NCBI GenBank assembly: GCA_937864235.1
Contig: CALMJI010000024.1
Span: 1 to 58,298, forward strand
Reading direction: 5' to 3'
From: an uncultured bacterium
GTDB lineage: Bacteria; Patescibacteriota; Minisyncoccia; SW-4-49-11
DNA: 58,298 nt
The notes under the pieces are model-generated. The model saw only the letters and a program-made list of their open reading frames with translations. It ran no database searches and was not told the DNA's origin. The translations under genes and the position numbers were made by a program. This document shows positions 9,233 to 18,732 of the stretch, one piece after another; position 1 is the first letter of the stretch; every line of letters starts with the position of its first letter.

Positions 9233-9265
9233 AAAGAGAGGTGTTAGTATTACACCTCTCTTTTT
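9231..9265. terminator. Bidirectional intrinsic terminator (sanA/rpmB)
   Basis: aaaaagagaggtgt-N7-acacctctcttttt. Confidence 0.85.
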
Positions 9266-9279
9266 ATATATACTAAATA

Positions 9280-9480
9280 TTAAGCTGACAGACTCTTGTT
9301 AATAGTACGAATACAAGTAGTGCAGGCTTTGACTTTAGTTCCATCTGGTAGGGTAAAGGGTTGTACATTTACTTTTTGGGTATGCTTACTTGTTGGGTTA
9401 TAGTTACCTCGCAATAGTTTTCGCTTAGTAACAAGCATAGATTTCTTGGCACAAATTGGTAATTCACATCGTCTAGACAT
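9280..9480 (-). CDS. rpmB: 50S ribosomal protein L28 (Cys-containing form)
   Basis: MSRRCELPIC..RKLLRGNYNPT..Q..N.Q..KVKACTTCIRT; true start ATG at 9480, not the longer ORF start at 9642. Confidence 0.8.
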   Translation of the reverse strand: MSRRCELPICAKKSMLVTKRKLLRGNYNPTSKHTQKVNVQPFTLPDGTKVKACTTCIRTINKSLSA

Positions 9481-9570
9481 AGTATAAAACTTAACAGTAT
9501 TATTGAGATTAATTACAATATATGTTATTATTATACCTGTTAGATAGATAAAAGTCAACTCATATAGTTT

Positions 9571-10194
9571 ATGGATGCTACTCTGGTTATATTTCAAATT
9601 ATTATATTGGTATTTGCGGTGATTATTCACGAAGTTTCTCATGGAGTGGTGGCTCTGTCTTTGGGGGATCCGACGGCGAAATTATCTGGTAGATTAACTC
9701 TCAATCCTATTCCGCATATAGATATTTATGGCTCTATTATACTTCCCCTTTTGATGGGACTAGCTAGTGGGGGAGCTTTCGTATTCGGATATGCTAAGCC
9801 AGTGCCATTCAATCCCTATTTATTAAAAGACCAAAAATGGGCTCCAGCTTTAGTAGCTTTAGCGGGACCCGCCTCCAATCTAGTACTGGCAATTTTATTA
9901 GGAATATTCTATAGAATAGCTACAATATTTACAGATATCCCAGCTGAGGTCGGACAATTGTTTATAATAGCTGTGGTCATTAATATTGTATTGGCGGTAT
10001 TTAATTCCGTGCCTATTCCTCCCTTGGATGGCTCCAAGATTATAGCTCCGCTATTACCAGATAAATTTTTGAGAAGTGAATTTTATGCTGTGCTAGAGCA
10101 ACAAGGTATGTGGATTGTACTTATATTTGTTTTATTTGGCTTTGGATTGATTAGTCCTGTTATTTATGGGCTTGCTAATCTGATTTTAGGTTAA
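9571..10194 (+). CDS. Site-2 protease family (M50) membrane metalloprotease
   Basis: HEVSH, TLNPIPH, AGPASN, FNSVPIPPLDG. Confidence 0.9.
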   Translation: MDATLVIFQIIILVFAVIIHEVSHGVVALSLGDPTAKLSGRLTLNPIPHIDIYGSIILPLLMGLASGGAFVFGYAKPVPFNPYLLKDQKWAPALVALAGPASNLVLAILLGIFYRIATIFTDIPAEVGQLFIIAVVINIVLAVFNSVPIPPLDGSKIIAPLLPDKFLRSEFYAVLEQQGMWIVLIFVLFGFGLISPVIYGLANLILG

Positions 10195-10197
10195 TTT

Positions 10198-10476
10198 ATG
10201 GAGCATCTAAAATTAATTGTCTCAGGTCGAGTGCAAATGGTGCGATTTAGAGTATTTGTAGTAAAGTTAGCTAATGAATTTAGTATTATTGGTACTGTGG
10301 AAAATTTACCAGATGGTACAGTAAGAGTAGAAGCTTGGGGAGAAAAAAATCAATTACAAGTCTTTAGAGACAAGGTAAAAATAGGGTCTCGTCTCTCAAG
10401 AGTTGACAATGTAGCTGAGGTTTGGGATAATAAAGACTATATTGATGAGAAAAGAGAGTTCAGAATAATACATTAA
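10198..10476 (+). CDS. acyP: Acylphosphatase
   Basis: SGRVQMVRFR, G.VENLPDGTV.VEA.G. Confidence 0.85.
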   Translation: MEHLKLIVSGRVQMVRFRVFVVKLANEFSIIGTVENLPDGTVRVEAWGEKNQLQVFRDKVKIGSRLSRVDNVAEVWDNKDYIDEKREFRIIH

Positions 10477-10481
10477 AATAT

Positions 10482-10931
10482 ATGCAAATACTTTTAACTT
10501 CAAATGTAGATAAAGTTGGTAGAAAAGGAGAAATAGTAACTGTGTCCGAAGGTTATGGTAGGAACTTTATCTTAAAAAAGAAATTAGGAATAATACCTAC
10601 CGCTCAAGATATGGCTAAGTATAAAGCTAATCAGTCCAAGCAACAAAAAGTATCTCAGGAAAGAATATCAAGTTTACAGAACTTACAAACTAAATTAGAA
10701 GACTACGAATTGATCTTAAACGTTAAGGCTAATGAAGAAGGGCATTTATTTGGAGCTATTAAGGAGACAGATATTCTAGAGCCCTTAAATAGAGAATTTG
10801 GGCAACTCTTAGACAAATCAATGATCAAAATTACAAGTCCAATCAAAGAGTTAGGGCAATACACAATAGATATTCAACTCACCTCTACTATTAAAACTAA
10901 GATTATACTCTATGTCAAGTCGGAAAAATAA
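10482..10931 (+). CDS. rplI: 50S ribosomal protein L9
   Basis: G.KGEIV.VSEGYGRNF, G.LFGAI, PIKELG. Confidence 0.93.
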   Translation: MQILLTSNVDKVGRKGEIVTVSEGYGRNFILKKKLGIIPTAQDMAKYKANQSKQQKVSQERISSLQNLQTKLEDYELILNVKANEEGHLFGAIKETDILEPLNREFGQLLDKSMIKITSPIKELGQYTIDIQLTSTIKTKIILYVKSEK

Positions 10932-12567
10932 TAAAACTAAGAAAATCAATCCTAAATATATTTTTGTAGTTGGTGGAGTTATGTCCGGAGTTGGGAAGGG
11001 TATTACAACATCTTCCATTGCTTTGATTCTTCAATCCCGAGGTTTCAAAGTAACTGCGGTCAAAATTGATCCTTATGTGAATGTTGATGCTGGTACTATG
11101 AATCCACTAGAGCATGGAGAGACTTTTGTTTTGGCTGATGGACTAGAATGTGATCAGGATATGGGAAATTATGAGAGATTTCTAAATACTGAGCTTACTC
11201 GTACTAATTATATGACTACTGGATCAGTCTATCAGTCTGTGATAGAGCAAGAAAGAGCTCTCAAATTTGGTGGTAAATGTGTGAGTGTAGTACCTCATAT
11301 CCCAAATGAAGTAACAGAGAGAATCAAAAATGCCCAAGCTACTCATAATGCAGATATTACAATTATTGAAATTGGAGGTACGGCTGGTGAATATGAGAAT
11401 TTATTGTTCTTGGAGGCAGCTAGACTTTTGAAGTTAGAAAATCCAGCTGATGTTTTATTTGTCTTGGTTAGTTATTTGCCAATTCCAAGTAAAATTGGAG
11501 AGATGAAAACCAAACCAACCCAACATGCCTCTAGATTGCTAAATAGTGCTGGAATTCAAGCCGATATGATAGTAGCAAGGTCAAGCCATCCTCTTGATGA
11601 GGTTAGAAAACAAAAGTTATCTACTATGTGTAATATAGCTGTAGATGATGTAATCTCAGCTCCAGATGTAGATAGTATTTATCATGTACCGATTAATTTT
11701 GAAATAGATAATCTTTCGACTAAGATTTTGAAGAAATTAGACTTAAGACCAAAGAAAAGAGACCTCAAAGAATGGACTAGTTTTACTCAAAAGATAGATG
11801 GTTCCACTAAAGAACTCAAAATTGGAATAGTCGGTAAATATTTTAATAGTGGCAATTTTGTATTGAGTGATGCTTATATTTCAGTAATTGAGGCTATCAA
11901 ACATGCTAGTTATTTTTATAAGCAAAAACCAATCATAGATTGGATAGATAGCTCGGAATTTGAAACAGACTCCAAAAAATTAACGAATCTCAAACAATAT
12001 GCAGGGATTATAATTCCAGGAGGTTTTGGGGAGCGAGGAGTAGAAGGTAAGCTCAAGGCTATCCAATATGTCAGAGAAAATAAAATTCCATATTTAGGAC
12101 TATGCTACGGAATGCAATTAGCAGTAGTTGAATTTGCTCGTAATGTAGCTAAGATAAAGAATGCCCATACTACCGAGATTGATGATAAAACAGAAAATCC
12201 AGTCATTACTACAATGGAAGGTCAGGATATTAATATTAAAGACGGAGTAATGGGAGGAACAATGCGACTAGGTGAGTACAGTTGTGAAATAACACCTAAA
12301 ACCTTAACTCGTAAATTATATAATTTAGCTCAAATCCAAGAAAGACATAGGCATCGTTATGAAGTTAATAATCAATATAGAGAAGAGTTAGAAAAAGCAG
12401 GCCTTACTATAGCAGGTATTAATCAGGACAATAACTTAGTCGAGATAATAGAATTATCCAATCATCCATTTTTCATCGCTACTCAATTTCACCCAGAATT
12501 AATATCACATCCACTCAATCCACATCCTCTATTTAAAGGATTCATAAAGGCTTGTCAGAAGAGGTGA
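10912..12567 (+). CDS. pyrG: CTP synthase
   Basis: GGVMSGVGKG, KIDPYVNVDAGTMNP.EHGE, KTKPTQH, GLCYGMQ, ERHRHRYEVN, QFHPE. Confidence 0.97.
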   Translation: MSSRKNNKTKKINPKYIFVVGGVMSGVGKGITTSSIALILQSRGFKVTAVKIDPYVNVDAGTMNPLEHGETFVLADGLECDQDMGNYERFLNTELTRTNYMTTGSVYQSVIEQERALKFGGKCVSVVPHIPNEVTERIKNAQATHNADITIIEIGGTAGEYENLLFLEAARLLKLENPADVLFVLVSYLPIPSKIGEMKTKPTQHASRLLNSAGIQADMIVARSSHPLDEVRKQKLSTMCNIAVDDVISAPDVDSIYHVPINFEIDNLSTKILKKLDLRPKKRDLKEWTSFTQKIDGSTKELKIGIVGKYFNSGNFVLSDAYISVIEAIKHASYFYKQKPIIDWIDSSEFETDSKKLTNLKQYAGIIIPGGFGERGVEGKLKAIQYVRENKIPYLGLCYGMQLAVVEFARNVAKIKNAHTTEIDDKTENPVITTMEGQDINIKDGVMGGTMRLGEYSCEITPKTLTRKLYNLAQIQERHRHRYEVNNQYREELEKAGLTIAGINQDNNLVEIIELSNHPFFIATQFHPELISHPLNPHPLFKGFIKACQKR

Positions 12568-12678
12568 TATATATATCCGGATTACACACATTTACCTAAT
12601 CTCATAAATACACTTCACAAAATGATATATTTATGCTACAATTTATTTTGATTATATAATTTATAGGGAATAGAGAAT

Positions 12679-13104
12679 ATGAGTAAGCCAATTAAATCAG
12701 TAGTTAAGCTGCAAGTTAAAGGAGGTCAAGCTAATCCAGCTCCACCAGTTGGAACCGCTTTAGGGCCCCATGGAATCAAGTTACAAGAGTTTTGTATCAA
12801 GTTCAATGATGCCACTAGAGATCAAATGGGAGAAGTTGTACCAGTAGAGGTTACAATTTATGATGATAGAAGCTTTGATTTTGTTCTCAAAATCTCCCCT
12901 GTCTCAGCTCTTATCAAAAAAGAGTTGAAATTAGCTAAAGGTTCAGCCACTCCTAATAAGGCAAAAGTTGGGAAATTGACCAAAGCTCAAGTCACAGCTA
13001 TTGCTGAGAAAAAACTACCAGATTTGAATGCCTTCAATCTAGAAGCTGCTATGAAAATAGTAGAGGGGACAGCCCGTTCAATGGGTATAGAAATAACAGA
13101 GTAG
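12679..13104 (+). CDS. rplK: 50S ribosomal protein L11
   Basis: GGQANPAPPVGTALG, KLPDLNA, GTARSMG. Confidence 0.97.
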   Translation: MSKPIKSVVKLQVKGGQANPAPPVGTALGPHGIKLQEFCIKFNDATRDQMGEVVPVEVTIYDDRSFDFVLKISPVSALIKKELKLAKGSATPNKAKVGKLTKAQVTAIAEKKLPDLNAFNLEAAMKIVEGTARSMGIEITE

Positions 13105-13154
13105 GAGAGTATTATTTTTATAATATTCGTTAGCACTACATAATTAGAATTATT

Positions 13155-13835
13155 ATGAGATCCAAATCATATCGCAACATTTTAGAAAAAGTAGACCGTA
13201 CCAAAGTATATCCACTAACAGAAGGAATTGAATTAGTTCTTAGTCTTTCTAGAGCAAAATTTACTGAAAGTGTGGATGTGCATATAAAAGCTAATCTAAA
13301 AGGTACCAAAGGACCACAATCAGTCAGGGGAGCTATTATATTCAATAAACCAGTAGCTAAAGGTAAAACAGTTTTAGTATTGACAGAAGATGAAGCTAAA
13401 TTAAAACAAGCTCAAGTAGCTGGAGCAGATAGAGTTGGAGGTAAGGAAATAATTGATGAGATTAAGCAAGCTGGAGGTATTGACTATGATATAATTATTG
13501 CCACCACTGATTTTATGAGATTTGTAGCTCCTGTAGCTAAAATTCTAGGACCCAAAGGTTTAATGCCATCTCCTAAAAATGGTACAGTCACCGATGATGT
13601 AGAGAGAGTAGTAAAAGAATTCAAAGCTGGTAAAGCAGAGTTTAGAATGGATAAAACAGGTGTAATCCATCAAGCTGTTGGAAATGTTACTTTCACTATT
13701 GAGGAATTAGAAAAAAATATCCGAGACTTTGTGGCTGAAGTACAAAAGCATCAACCAGAAAAAGTCAAGGGAGAATTTGTAAAGAATATTTATATTTCTC
13801 TTACCCAAAGTCCATCTATTAAAGTTAAATTATAG
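13155..13835 (+). CDS. rplA: 50S ribosomal protein L1
   Basis: KFTESVD, LGPKGLMPSPK.GTVT, FRMDKTG. Confidence 0.96.
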   Translation: MRSKSYRNILEKVDRTKVYPLTEGIELVLSLSRAKFTESVDVHIKANLKGTKGPQSVRGAIIFNKPVAKGKTVLVLTEDEAKLKQAQVAGADRVGGKEIIDEIKQAGGIDYDIIIATTDFMRFVAPVAKILGPKGLMPSPKNGTVTDDVERVVKEFKAGKAEFRMDKTGVIHQAVGNVTFTIEELEKNIRDFVAEVQKHQPEKVKGEFVKNIYISLTQSPSIKVKL

Positions 13836-13856
13836 TTTTCAATTATAATTTGAATC

Positions 13857-13893
13857 ATACAAAAAAGAGTCTATTATAGGCTCTTTTTTGTAT
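13857..13893 (+). terminator. Intrinsic terminator after rplA
   Basis: atacaaaaaagagtcta-tta-taggctcttttttgtat. Confidence 0.85.
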
Positions 13894-13972
13894 ATTGGGG
13901 ATAACTCTATAATTTGTATAATTTTAGAAAGTATGTAATATAGTATATTTGGGAAGTATGCGGGGTGATTAT

Positions 13973-13981
13973 TGTGGATAA
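13973..13981 (-). promoter_or_regulatory. DnaA box upstream of nrdA
   Basis: TGTGGATAA (= TTATCCACA on the minus strand); one-mismatch copy TGGGGATAA at 13896-13904. Confidence 0.5.
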
Positions 13982-14036
13982 CCATTGGTTAAAAATTTTT
14001 TAGAAATAGTCTATAGTGTCTAAATTAGGCTTTTTT

Positions 14037-14052
14037 ATACTATATATAGTAT
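14037..14052. promoter_or_regulatory. NrdR box
   Basis: Perfect palindrome ATACTATATATAGTAT matching acaCwAtATaTwGtgt, just upstream of TTGTAT-N17-TATAAT (14058-14086); weaker box near 14004-14019. Confidence 0.65.
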
Positions 14053-14130
14053 AAAAGTTGTATATCTAGAATAATTCTGATATAATAATTTTACCGCTCA
14101 TAATAATAGATAAATATAATATATACTGAT

Positions 14131-17007
14131 ATGGCAGTCACACAAATCACCAAAAGAGATGGGTCATTAGTACCTTTCAATCAAGCTAAAATTTGGAAAG
14201 CAATTAGTAAGGCTTTCTTGGATGTAAAACAAAATTTTACTGCTGAGGAGGCAAAGCAAGTAGATGGAGTTACAGAGTCTGTGGTACAAGCTTTAGATGA
14301 ACAATTCATAGATAATTATCCTACAGTTGAAATCGTACAGGATATTGTAGAGAAGAAATTAATGGAGAGAGGATTCTATGATATTGCTAAGGGATATATT
14401 TTATATCGCAAAGCTCATGATGATGCACGAAGAGAAGAGCAGGCTAAATTAGAGGGTGCTCATCCTACTCTCAAAGTTCGTAAGGCTTCAGGAGAAGTGG
14501 TATCCTTTAATCGCTACAATATAACTAAAACTATATCATATCATATCAAAGGTTTAGAAAATGACATTGATATGAATCTAATTATATCAGGTATTGAGAA
14601 TAGTATTTATGATGGGATGACTACTAAGGAAATTTCTCAAATTATGATTATGACAGTCAGGTCATATATTGACAGAGACCCCGCGTACTCAGTATTAGCG
14701 GCTAGACTATTATTGAATACTATTTATGAAAATGTTATTAGTGAAGATTTGGATTATGAGAATTTAGATATCTTATATAAAAATTCTTTTGTAAATAATG
14801 TTAAATCTGCGGTAGCAGCTGGTCTTTTGAGCCAAGATATGCTTGATTATAATCTAGAATGGTTAGCTAGTAAAATTAAGCCAGAAAGAGATGATTTATT
14901 CAAATTCTTAGGGATTCAGACTTTATATGATAGATACTTTATCAAGGACCCTATTACCAAAAAAATGTTTGATACTCCACAGGGATTTTGGATGAGAGTT
15001 GCTATGGGATTAGCTTTAGTTGAAAAACCAGAGGTAAGAGAGCAGAAAGCGGTTGACTTTTATGAAATTATGTCTCAGATGTATTTTGTGCCATCCACTC
15101 CAACTTTATTTCATGCAGGAACCAATCATCCGCAATTATCTTCTTGTTATTTAAATACGGTTGAGGATGATTTAAGCCATATCTTTAAAGTAATCGGAGA
15201 TAATGCACAGATGTCAAAATGGTCTGGTGGAATTGGAACAGATTTTACTAATCTTAGAGGAATTGGTGCTTTGATTAAGGGAACTGGTGTTGAGAGTCAA
15301 GGTATCGTGCCTTTCTTGAAGATTGCCAATGACACTACTGCTGCTATTAATCGTAGTGGTAAAAGACGAGGAGCCGCTGTGGTATATTTGGAGACTTGGC
15401 ATATAGATGTTGAAGATTTCTTGGAATTAAGGAAGAATACAGGGGATGAAAGGAGAAGAACTCATGATATGAATACTGCTAACTGGATTCCAGATTTATT
15501 TATGGAAAGAGTTAGACAAGACGGAGATTGGACATTATTCTCTCCGGATGAGACTCCAGATTTGCATCATATTTATGGACAGGAATTCAATACAGCCTAT
15601 AAAAATTATGAAAGGCTAGCTGATGAGGGTAAAATTCGATTATTCAAAAGAATGAAGGCTAAGGATCTATGGAGAAAAATGATTACTATGCTTTATGAGA
15701 CAGGACATCCTTGGATTACTTTCAAAGATCCATCTAATATCCGCTCTCCTCAGGATCATACTGGAGTAATCCATAATTCTAATCTTTGTACAGAAATTAC
15801 TCTTAATAATTCAGCTGATGAAACTGCAGTTTGTAATCTAGGGTCTCTGAATCTAAAATATTTTGTAAAAAATGGAACCTTTGACCAAGAGTTAGTCTCA
15901 AGAGTAGTGCCAATTGCTATTAGAATGTTAGATAATGTAGTTGATATTAATTTTTATCCTACTAAAGAGGGAGAAGTTTCCAATAAAAGACATCGTCCAA
16001 TTGGACTTGGAATTATGGGATATCATGATGCTTTATATCAATTAGATATTAATTTTGACTCTGAGCAAGCGGTAGAGTTTGCTGACTCATCTATGGAGGT
16101 AATTTCATATTATGCTATTTTAGCTTCTAGTAAATTAGCTCAAGAGAAAGGTGCTTATGAGAGTTTCAAAGGTTCTAAATGGGATAGAGGCTTATTGCCA
16201 ATAGATACTATTCAGCTTTTGGAACAAGCTCGCGAAATGCAAATCCCAGTAGATAGAACAGAACGATTAGATTGGTCAGTAGTCAGAGAGTCAATCAAAA
16301 AATATGGTATGAGAAATTCCAATACTATGGCCGTGGCTCCTACAGCTACCATATCTAATATTGTGGTATCTATACCATCTATTGAGCCAATTTACAAAAA
16401 TCTTTATGTAAAATCTAATCAAGCAGGAGATTTCACAGTTATCAACTCTTATTTGATTGAAGATTTGAAAAAAATTGGACTTTGGACCTCAGCTATTGCC
16501 GATAAGATAAAGTACTTCGATGGATCCATTTCTCAGATTACTGAAATTCCAGCCAATCTGAGAGAAAAATACAAAGAAGTTTTTGAAATTGACCCAAAAT
16601 GGTTAGTCAAAGCTGCAGCCTATAGAGGAAAATGGATGGACCAAAGCCAATCACTTAATATCTTTTATCGAGGGGTATCTGGAAAGGAAATTGCAGATGT
16701 TTATATGTATGCTTGGGAAATGGGAGTTAAGACCACTTATTATCTAAGAACCTTGGCTATTTCACAGGTAGAAAAAGCTACTGTCAATGTCAATCAGTTT
16801 GGAACTACTCACAGAAGAGATTTTAGTCAAAGCTCAGTTAATGCTAGCTCAGATAATTCTATGAATGCTGTGAGCTCTCAGCCGATGGAGGTTAAAGTAA
16901 CAGAACCTGCACAGACTTATCAAGTGACAGAAAATTTACCTTCCCAACCACCAAAATCTAATATTTTTGCGGTGATAGAAGGGCAAATCTGTGAATCTTG
17001 TCAATAA
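14131..17007 (+). CDS. nrdA: Class Ia ribonucleotide reductase alpha subunit with two ATP-cones
   Basis: KRDG ATP-cone plus second cone (VRKASG), PSTPTLF, LSSCYL, SNLCTEI, VCNLGS, TTYYLR, C-terminal CESC. Confidence 0.96.
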   Translation: MAVTQITKRDGSLVPFNQAKIWKAISKAFLDVKQNFTAEEAKQVDGVTESVVQALDEQFIDNYPTVEIVQDIVEKKLMERGFYDIAKGYILYRKAHDDARREEQAKLEGAHPTLKVRKASGEVVSFNRYNITKTISYHIKGLENDIDMNLIISGIENSIYDGMTTKEISQIMIMTVRSYIDRDPAYSVLAARLLLNTIYENVISEDLDYENLDILYKNSFVNNVKSAVAAGLLSQDMLDYNLEWLASKIKPERDDLFKFLGIQTLYDRYFIKDPITKKMFDTPQGFWMRVAMGLALVEKPEVREQKAVDFYEIMSQMYFVPSTPTLFHAGTNHPQLSSCYLNTVEDDLSHIFKVIGDNAQMSKWSGGIGTDFTNLRGIGALIKGTGVESQGIVPFLKIANDTTAAINRSGKRRGAAVVYLETWHIDVEDFLELRKNTGDERRRTHDMNTANWIPDLFMERVRQDGDWTLFSPDETPDLHHIYGQEFNTAYKNYERLADEGKIRLFKRMKAKDLWRKMITMLYETGHPWITFKDPSNIRSPQDHTGVIHNSNLCTEITLNNSADETAVCNLGSLNLKYFVKNGTFDQELVSRVVPIAIRMLDNVVDINFYPTKEGEVSNKRHRPIGLGIMGYHDALYQLDINFDSEQAVEFADSSMEVISYYAILASSKLAQEKGAYESFKGSKWDRGLLPIDTIQLLEQAREMQIPVDRTERLDWSVVRESIKKYGMRNSNTMAVAPTATISNIVVSIPSIEPIYKNLYVKSNQAGDFTVINSYLIEDLKKIGLWTSAIADKIKYFDGSISQITEIPANLREKYKEVFEIDPKWLVKAAAYRGKWMDQSQSLNIFYRGVSGKEIADVYMYAWEMGVKTTYYLRTLAISQVEKATVNVNQFGTTHRRDFSQSSVNASSDNSMNAVSSQPMEVKVTEPAQTYQVTENLPSQPPKSNIFAVIEGQICESCQ

Positions 17008-17034
17008 AATTATTAAACTATAAACACTATTAGT

Positions 17035-18069
17035 ATGCCTATTACACAAACAAATCAAAGAGTTAATATTAATGATAGGAGAGTTATCAATGGTAAAGAT
17101 GCTGATGTGGTACAGCTACATCCAATGAAACATACTTTTGCTTGGGATGCTTATTTGACTGGGAACGCCAATCACTGGCTCCCAACTGAGATTGGAATGC
17201 AAATTGATGTAGAGCAGTGGAAGTCAAATAATATTTTGACTGAAGATGAGAGAATTGCTTTCAAAACTGTGTTGGGATTTTTTACTACAGCTGATTCTCT
17301 AGCAGCTAATAATTTAGTTTTAGCAACTTATAAGCATATTACTTCTCCAGAAATTAGAATGTATCTTTTGAGGCAAGCTTATGAAGAGGCTATTCATACT
17401 CAGGCTTATCAATATATTGTCGAAAGTTTAGGATTAGATGGTAGTGAAATCTTTAATATGTATCGTGAAGTTGAGAGTATTTATAATAAGGCATCATTCT
17501 TCTTATCATTTAATGAAGGGATTTTTGACCCTAATTTTAAAACAGGAACCTTTGCTTCTGACCAAAAATTCTTAGAGAATCTTTGTGTATTTTCATTAAT
17601 TGTGGAAGGAATTTTCTTTTATAGTTCCTTTGCTGTGATTTTTGGATTTCAGAGACAAAATAAAATGCCTGGCAGTGCGGAGCAAATTCAATACATTATG
17701 AGAGATGAGTCTAGCCATCTTAATTTTGGGGCTGATATGATTAATGCTATCAAACAAGAGCAGCCAGAACTATGGACAGAAGAATTTCAAGCTCATATTA
17801 CTAATTTGATCAAAGAGGCCGTGGGGCTTGAATATGAATTCGCTACTACTTGTTTCCCAAGAGGAATTATGGGTATTTCTCAAGATGGATTTAGACGATA
17901 TATTGAATATATTGCCGATAGAAGATTACAAAGAGTAGGGTTGCCAATTGTGTATGGAACTGAAAATCCATTTACTTGGATGTCAGAATCAGTTGATTTG
18001 GCTAAAGAGAAAAATTTCTTTGAGACTAGAGTTATTGAATACCAAACTGGAGGAACTCTTGATTGGTAA
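17035..18069 (+). CDS. nrdB: Class Ia ribonucleotide reductase beta subunit
   Basis: FFTTADS (Asp ligand), EEAIHTQAY (radical Tyr kept), VEGIFFY, RDESSH, NFFETRVIEY. Confidence 0.95.
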   Translation: MPITQTNQRVNINDRRVINGKDADVVQLHPMKHTFAWDAYLTGNANHWLPTEIGMQIDVEQWKSNNILTEDERIAFKTVLGFFTTADSLAANNLVLATYKHITSPEIRMYLLRQAYEEAIHTQAYQYIVESLGLDGSEIFNMYREVESIYNKASFFLSFNEGIFDPNFKTGTFASDQKFLENLCVFSLIVEGIFFYSSFAVIFGFQRQNKMPGSAEQIQYIMRDESSHLNFGADMINAIKQEQPELWTEEFQAHITNLIKEAVGLEYEFATTCFPRGIMGISQDGFRRYIEYIADRRLQRVGLPIVYGTENPFTWMSESVDLAKEKNFFETRVIEYQTGGTLDW

Positions 18070-18256
18070 ATAGAATTGCAACCGTCATATTGTTATAACA
18101 TAACTATTTGCAAAAGTATTTATTTTATAGTAGACTATGACGGTTGTTTTGTATATCATAAAATAATGTTCTTGGCAATGTGACTTTCATTTTATTATTA
18201 GATGGAAATCAGTTTGCCGGGAACATTGTTTTTATCCTGGCAGGAGTCCGATTACT

Positions 18257-18646
18257 ATGACACTTCAAGGAATGATTACAAGAGAAACTGCAGCAGACTT
18301 CGGTATATCAACATCAACAACCTGTCACACTAATACCAATCCTGAAATTGGGCAGTGGTGTAAAGTAATTGATGAAGCAATTTTTACTAATAATTTATTA
18401 TCTGAAAGATATCAATTAGAAGTTAGCAAGGGGTGGGACTTTGTTAGAGTAAACCTTAGGACTAGGAATAGTTGGATTTTGATAAAAACCTTAATTATAA
18501 TCAATATAAAATCTTCAAATAAGGTAAAAGAAATACTAATAATAATCAATGAATCCAATCAATTTACGGGTACAAATAAAGGTATGGCAGATGAATGTAT
18601 AAATAAAGCTGTATTTAATTTTCTTAGAGATTATAGCTATAAGTAG
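18257..18646 (+). CDS. Hypothetical protein
   Basis: 129-aa ORF with AGGAG upstream and a hairpin plus T-run at 18661-18693; no recognisable motif. Confidence 0.5.
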   Translation: MTLQGMITRETAADFGISTSTTCHTNTNPEIGQWCKVIDEAIFTNNLLSERYQLEVSKGWDFVRVNLRTRNSWILIKTLIIINIKSSNKVKEILIIINESNQFTGTNKGMADECINKAVFNFLRDYSYK

Positions 18647-18732
18647 GCTACATCATTTACAATCCGTAACTTCAAAGAAGATGCGGATTTTTTATTTTTT
18701 ATGTTATAATCAATATAAGATAAACTTTAATT

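Noticed and set aside
9481-9642. N-terminal extension of L28
   Set aside because: Overlaps the divergent M50 gene and promoter region; the L28 motif starts at 9480
12565-12567. Recoded UGA=Gly genetic code (as in some CPR lineages)
   Set aside because: Long conserved proteins are intact under the standard code and TGA terminates pyrG at its normal end
17035-18069. Class Ic (Mn/Fe, radical-less) RNR beta subunit
   Set aside because: The first ligand is Asp and the radical Tyr is retained (EAIHTQAY)
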